Below are positions 59,667-64,000 of a DNA stretch of 64,000 nt, piece by piece. Within the stretch, counting starts at the first letter, position 1; every line of letters begins with the position of its first letter. Both the position numbers and the translations under genes were made by a program. The stretch lies in contig CAWIPH010000002.1 of assembly GCA_963837955.1 (NCBI GenBank), forward strand, positions 1,920,001-1,984,000, written 5' to 3'. The DNA is from an uncultured Verrucomicrobiae bacterium (GTDB taxonomy: Bacteria > Verrucomicrobiota > Verrucomicrobiia > Chthoniobacterales > JAFAMB01). Under the pieces are notes generated by a model. It ran no database searches. It was given only the letters and a program-made list of their open reading frames with translations, and was not told the origin of the DNA.

Positions 59667-62246
59667 ATGAGGATCGACCGGTTTACCAGCAAAATGCAAG
59701 AGGGTCTCCAGGAAGGGCAATCCCTCGCATCTCAAATGCAGCATCAGGAGTTGACGCCGGAACATTTGCTTCTGGTTCTACTTCGGCAGCAGGACGGACT
59801 AGCCAGGCCGCTTTTAGAAAAACTAAATGTCCGGACTCCGGATATTGAAAGTCAACTTGAACAGGAATTGGCCCGACGCCCGAAAATATCTGGGGGTAAC
59901 ACGGAACAGTACATCAGCGCGGATCTCCGCAACGCCTTGAACCAGGCAGAGTCGGAGATGACGCGGTTAAAGGATGAATTCCTCAGTGTTGAGCATTTAA
60001 TCTTGGGGTTGATCGACTCGCCGAAAACCCCGGCGGGCCGGATTTTGAAAGAGGCGGGTATCAATCGGGATGCTGTTATGAAAGCGCTGCAGGGCCTGCG
60101 CGGTTCGCAGCGGGTAACCGATCAGAACCCGGAGGGCAAATACCAGACACTCGAGAAGTATGGACGCGATCTGACGGAAGCTGCCCGGAAAGGCAAAATT
60201 GATCCGGTAATTGGTCGTGACAACGAAATTCGGCGCGTGATGCAGGTGCTTTCGCGCCGAACTAAAAACAATCCGGTACTGATCGGGGAACCGGGCGTGG
60301 GTAAGACCGCCATCGTCGAAGGGTTAGCCCGTCGAATTGTCAGCGGCGACGTGCCTGATTCGTTGAAGCACAAACGAATTATTGCGCTCGACCTCGGCTC
60401 GATGATTGCCGGAGCGAAATTTCGGGGCGAATTCGAAGATCGGTTGAAGGCATTCCTCAAGGAGGTAACCGATTCGCAAGGGGAGATCATCCTTTTTATC
60501 GACGAGTTGCACACAATTGTCGGAGCAGGAGCGGCGGAGGGGGCGGTGGACGCTTCCAATCTGCTCAAGCCGCAACTGGCGCGAGGCGAGCTGCACACGA
60601 TCGGAGCAACCACGCTGGATGAATATCGCAAGCACATTGAAAAAGATGCTGCGCTCGAGAGACGTTTTCAGCCCGTGATGGTCAACGAGCCGAGTGTGGA
60701 AGATACCATCGCCATTTTGCGGGGCTTGAAGGAGCGTTACGAAGTGCATCACGGTGTCCGAATCCAGGATGCCGCTCTGATCGCCGCCGCAACCCTTAGC
60801 CACCGGTATATCTCCGATCGTTACCTACCAGACAAAGCGGTCGATCTCGTAGACGAAGCGGCTTCCCGGCTCAAGATCGAGCTCGACTCGATGCCGACCG
60901 AGATCGACCAGATTGAGCGGCAGATCATGCAGTTAGAAATGGAGCGCCAGGCGTTGAAGAAAGAAAAGGACGAGGCGAGCCAAAAACGATTAGCCAGACT
61001 GGAGAAAGAGCTTTCGGATCTTAAGGAAACGAGCGCACAGCTCAAAGCCCAATGGCAAAGCGAGAAACAAGTGATTGAGCGTTCTCGCAAACTGCAGGAG
61101 CAGATTGAAAACCTGAAACTCGAATTAGATCAGGCTCAGCGCCGCGGTGAGCTCGGGAAGGCTAGTGAGATCCAATATGGTCGTCTGCCAGAACTGATGA
61201 AGGAACTGGAATCTCACAACAAACGACTGGCAGAGCTGCAGAAGTCGCAACAGATCTTGAAGGAAGAGGTTACCCCGGAGGATATTGCCGAGGTGGTAGC
61301 AAGTTGGACCGGCATTCCGGTAACGCGCCTGCAGGAGAGTCAGCGCGAGAAACTGGTCCATATGGAGGAACGTCTGGCCGAGCGAGTCATCGGACAGAGA
61401 GAAGCGATCAAGGCGGTTTCTAATGCAGTGCGTCGCGCGCGGGCCGGCCTGCAAGATGAAAATCGGCCCATCGGTTCATTCATTTTTCTAGGTCCGACTG
61501 GAGTGGGAAAGACCGAATTGAGCCGCGCCTTAGCCGAGTTCCTGTTCGACGACGAAAACGCGATGATTCGGGTCGATATGAGCGAATACATGGAGAAGCA
61601 CACGGTTGCTCGTTTGATCGGTGCGCCTCCGGGTTATGTCGGTTACGAAGAGGGGGGACAACTGAGCGAAGCGGTCCGACGGAAGCCGTACTGCGTCGTT
61701 CTGTTTGACGAAATCGAGAAAGCGCATCCCGACGTTTTCAACGTGCTACTACAGGTGCTCGATGATGGGCGGATCACCGATGGCCAGGGCAGAACCGTCG
61801 ATTTCAAGAATACGGTCATTATCATGACCAGCAACATCGGCAGCCAATTCATCGTGGATTCGAGCGATCGGGAGGAGAGAAATCGCCGAGTGATGGAAGC
61901 GTTGCGCAGCCATTTTCGTCCTGAGTTTTTAAATCGAGTCGACGAGATAATCATCTTCGATCGTCTGACCGATAAAGAGCTGACTAAGATCGTCGACATT
62001 CAGCTCGCTCGCGTGCTGCGCCGGCTCCAGCAGCAGCATCTCGAATTGAGCCTCAGTGATTCTGCCAAACGACTGCTGGCCGAAGAAGGATATGACCCGG
62101 TGTATGGCGCGCGGCCGCTCAAGCGAGTGGTCCAGCGCCGCATACTGGATCCGTTGAGTCTCGGGTTGTTGGAAGGAAAATTCGGACCCGGCGATCGCAT
62201 TCAAGCCGACGCGGAAAAAGGAGAACTCGTTTTTCACAAGAAGTAA
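59667..62246 (+). CDS. clpB: ATP-dependent chaperone ClpB
   Basis: Two AAA+ modules ([16 protein letters not shown]), middle coiled-coil domain, [22 protein letters not shown]. Confidence 0.98.
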   Translation: MRIDRFTSKMQEGLQEGQSLASQMQHQELTPEHLLLVLLRQQDGLARPLLEKLNVRTPDIESQLEQELARRPKISGGNTEQYISADLRNALNQAESEMTRLKDEFLSVEHLILGLIDSPKTPAGRILKEAGINRDAVMKALQGLRGSQRVTDQNPEGKYQTLEKYGRDLTEAARKGKIDPVIGRDNEIRRVMQVLSRRTKNNPVLIGEPGVGKTAIVEGLARRIVSGDVPDSLKHKRIIALDLGSMIAGAKFRGEFEDRLKAFLKEVTDSQGEIILFIDELHTIVGAGAAEGAVDASNLLKPQLARGELHTIGATTLDEYRKHIEKDAALERRFQPVMVNEPSVEDTIAILRGLKERYEVHHGVRIQDAALIAAATLSHRYISDRYLPDKAVDLVDEAASRLKIELDSMPTEIDQIERQIMQLEMERQALKKEKDEASQKRLARLEKELSDLKETSAQLKAQWQSEKQVIERSRKLQEQIENLKLELDQAQRRGELGKASEIQYGRLPELMKELESHNKRLAELQKSQQILKEEVTPEDIAEVVASWTGIPVTRLQESQREKLVHMEERLAERVIGQREAIKAVSNAVRRARAGLQDENRPIGSFIFLGPTGVGKTELSRALAEFLFDDENAMIRVDMSEYMEKHTVARLIGAPPGYVGYEEGGQLSEAVRRKPYCVVLFDEIEKAHPDVFNVLLQVLDDGRITDGQGRTVDFKNTVIIMTSNIGSQFIVDSSDREERNRRVMEALRSHFRPEFLNRVDEIIIFDRLTDKELTKIVDIQLARVLRRLQQQHLELSLSDSAKRLLAEEGYDPVYGARPLKRVVQRRILDPLSLGLLEGKFGPGDRIQADAEKGELVFHKK

Positions 62247-62668
62247 TTGGGGAGGGCGCGCGTCCTCGCGCGCCGTCCTAGCTTCGCCTAGCGATGAACC
62301 CAGACGATGGAGCCAAGATGTCGGCATGATGGGTTGCACCGCGATGGGTTGGAATCTTGTTTTGTCGTGAGGCTTTCACCCAATCACTCTTCAGGAATAA
62401 CGCGACGTTCGACCGCATTGACGAGCCGCCGTAAGAAACACGCCAGCGACTAATCCCGCGGGCGGCTCAAACCCGGCGCTACTCACCCAAAGAAGTCGCA
62501 ACACGGTGAGGCGCCGAGGCCGCCTTCGCAGACTACGGCGTGCCCTTAGCCCCGAGGATATGAGAATACAAACGCGTGGCCGCGACGAAGCTTTGCGGAG
62601 TCGGGTTTTCACCCTACCGACGTTGGGCATTATTCGCCCATCGGTTTGTGGAACCCGTATCGAATTGG

Positions 62669-62953
62669 CTACTTCGTACTCTGGTTCCGAATTTTCTCTT
62701 TCCGCGATTCGGACTCTCCCTGCAAACGGCGGAGTTCCGTTGCCAATTGCTTCTGCAGCGGTTCCACTTCGTTGAAGCGTCCAGCCTGAATCTCTTTTTT
62801 GATTTGATCGTTTAAGAGCAGCTCTTTCTCGGCGATTTTCGCTTTGTAGGTAGATTCAATCTCCGCGATTTCCGCTCGCTGTTGGTCGGTCAATGGAACG
62901 ACTGGTGCACCCTTCTGCAGGCGTTCCATCGCGAGTTCGTAAGCCGATTTCAT
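62669..62953 (-). CDS. Conserved-looking helical hypothetical protein
   Basis: MKSAYELAMERL...coiled-coil composition. Confidence 0.75.
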   Translation of the reverse strand: MKSAYELAMERLQKGAPVVPLTDQQRAEIAEIESTYKAKIAEKELLLNDQIKKEIQAGRFNEVEPLQKQLATELRRLQGESESRKEKIRNQSTK

Positions 62954-63054
62954 AAGAACTAAGAAACTTCAAAAGAGCGTGAGTCGCAAAGGCAATTTGT
63001 AAGTCCTGAAGCCACAGTGATTAGTGATAAGCGATACTAGCAAACTTGGCTTGC

Positions 63055-63225
63055 TTGGTTTGGGGCAGGAAAAACGAGACAAAGTCCTTGTTGCGGGCTG
63101 TTGATCCGTTCCCGGCGTTCTCGGCGATGACGGCGTTCCCGGCGGTATCGCAAGGCTTTGGGGAGAAACCACAAACGGCTCAAGCCGATCCGGCGCCTGC
63201 CGGATCAGGCTTTCGCCCTACCAAA
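63055..63225 (+). ncRNA. Candidate structured ncRNA (6S-like architecture; identity uncertain)
   Basis: Closing stem, purine-rich bubble, long G-U-containing stem and a side hairpin; intergenic. Confidence 0.35.
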
Positions 63226-63274
63226 GGACGCGAACACCCCTGGCCTTCTCAGCTCGAACGGGAGCTCAACTGAG

Positions 63275-63649
63275 CTAGGCGAATTCCCTCTTAAGCAACG
63301 CTTCAGGCAATTTAGGCCAGGTGGATCGCTGGCACTCCCCCAAGAGATGCTCGTGATCCACTTGATCTCGATAAAGTCGCAACGTTGCTCCCGCGCTCGT
63401 GACGAAATAATGTTTGCGCGACGGGGAGGCCAACCGAAGAAGCACGGAGTAATTCGGGCTCGCTTTCCAGACGACGTGATCGAGTCGAAAATCAAAAAGC
63501 TGCATAAACTCCACCACTTTAATGGCTTCAGCGTGCCACTCTTTAAATATGCTGAGGCCAAGAAAACTCTCGGCACGCACGGTCCGAATAGTTGCTGAGC
63601 TGGGCCGCAACAGATCACGGATTTCTTCGTCAACTTCCATATGAGGCAC
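63275..63649 (-). CDS. Hypothetical protein
   Basis: 124-aa ORF with protein-like composition; no recognised motif. Confidence 0.45.
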   Translation of the reverse strand: MPHMEVDEEIRDLLRPSSATIRTVRAESFLGLSIFKEWHAEAIKVVEFMQLFDFRLDHVVWKASPNYSVLLRLASPSRKHYFVTSAGATLRLYRDQVDHEHLLGECQRSTWPKLPEALLKREFA

Positions 63650-63748
63650 AACTGAACATTAGAGTAACGGTTATCTCGCGGCCGCGATGAGCTTCTTACT
63701 TATTCGACTTTCCCTTTGTTCTTCACAAGTAGCTCGTAATCAAATAAT

Positions 63749-63772
63749 TGGGGTAAGGGAATTCGAACCCCT
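63749..63772 (-). other. tRNA 3'-half fragment (Gln-like), probable att-site remnant
   Basis: Minus strand AGGGG-TTCGAAT-TCCCT-TACCCCA gives a T-arm plus the acceptor 3' strand complementary to TGGGGTA; no D arm or anticodon arm upstream. Confidence 0.6.
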
Positions 63773-63813
63773 GGAGGATCTTGAGCCTATAGCGTAACTC
63801 CCTGTTTACGAGA

Positions 63814-64000
63814 GAGATATACCGTCTGTTATCCCTGCACACGTTTAAATGTGGAGACCATGATGGTAGAAAATTGAGTGTCCACTATACGACTAAGACG
63901 TTCTTCACCTCCTGGATTGCGACAAAAAAGCTGACTGCGGGCCATAAGACCTACGTTTGATACTCGGGCATCGTAAAAGAGTTCTTGCGCTGGCTCGGCT
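63814..64000 (+). pseudogene. Degraded tyrosine integrase N-terminal (SAM-like) fragment running off the window
   Basis: HYTTKTFFTSWIATKKLTAGHKTYV*YSGIVKEFLRWLG with an in-frame TGA; next to the tRNA fragment. Confidence 0.5.

Noticed and set aside
63062..63223. tmRNA or tRNA, suggested by GGGGC...CCCTACCA ends
   Set aside because: There is no T-loop, no G3-U70 acceptor stem and no tag reading frame, and it is too short for tmRNA.

Overview
A 64-kb bacterial chromosomal window of moderate-to-high GC. Gene content and protein style suggest a soil Verrucomicrobiota/Chthoniobacterales-like organism (inference only). Most genes are housekeeping: proS, trxA, tatA, purA, uppS, an NtrC-type regulator, mfd, a SurA-like PPIase, rodA, thiG, ald, serA, shc-hpnH, bioF, proC, a MacAB-type ABC exporter, an ArsR/OYE pair and clpB. 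There is also a flavin-monooxygenase organosulfur cluster and three insertion sequences (IS110, IS481, IS1182). The most striking signal is non-coding. Many intergenic regions hold layered, symmetric palindromic repeats, made of several REP/REPIN-like families, inverted 7-nt microsatellite arms and a 43-59 nt mini-element that inserts into REP hairpins. One inverted heptamer pair encloses a four-helix-bundle gene inside an operon. The IS110 has a bridge-RNA-like non-coding end with short matches to its own flanks. A decayed second copy of the purA 3' region bounds a small island. Near the right edge are a candidate structured ncRNA and a tRNA-Gln-like att remnant with a dead integrase. Four single-base frameshifts may be assembly errors. 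All calls come from reading the sequence and ORF track by eye; no searches or folding were run.
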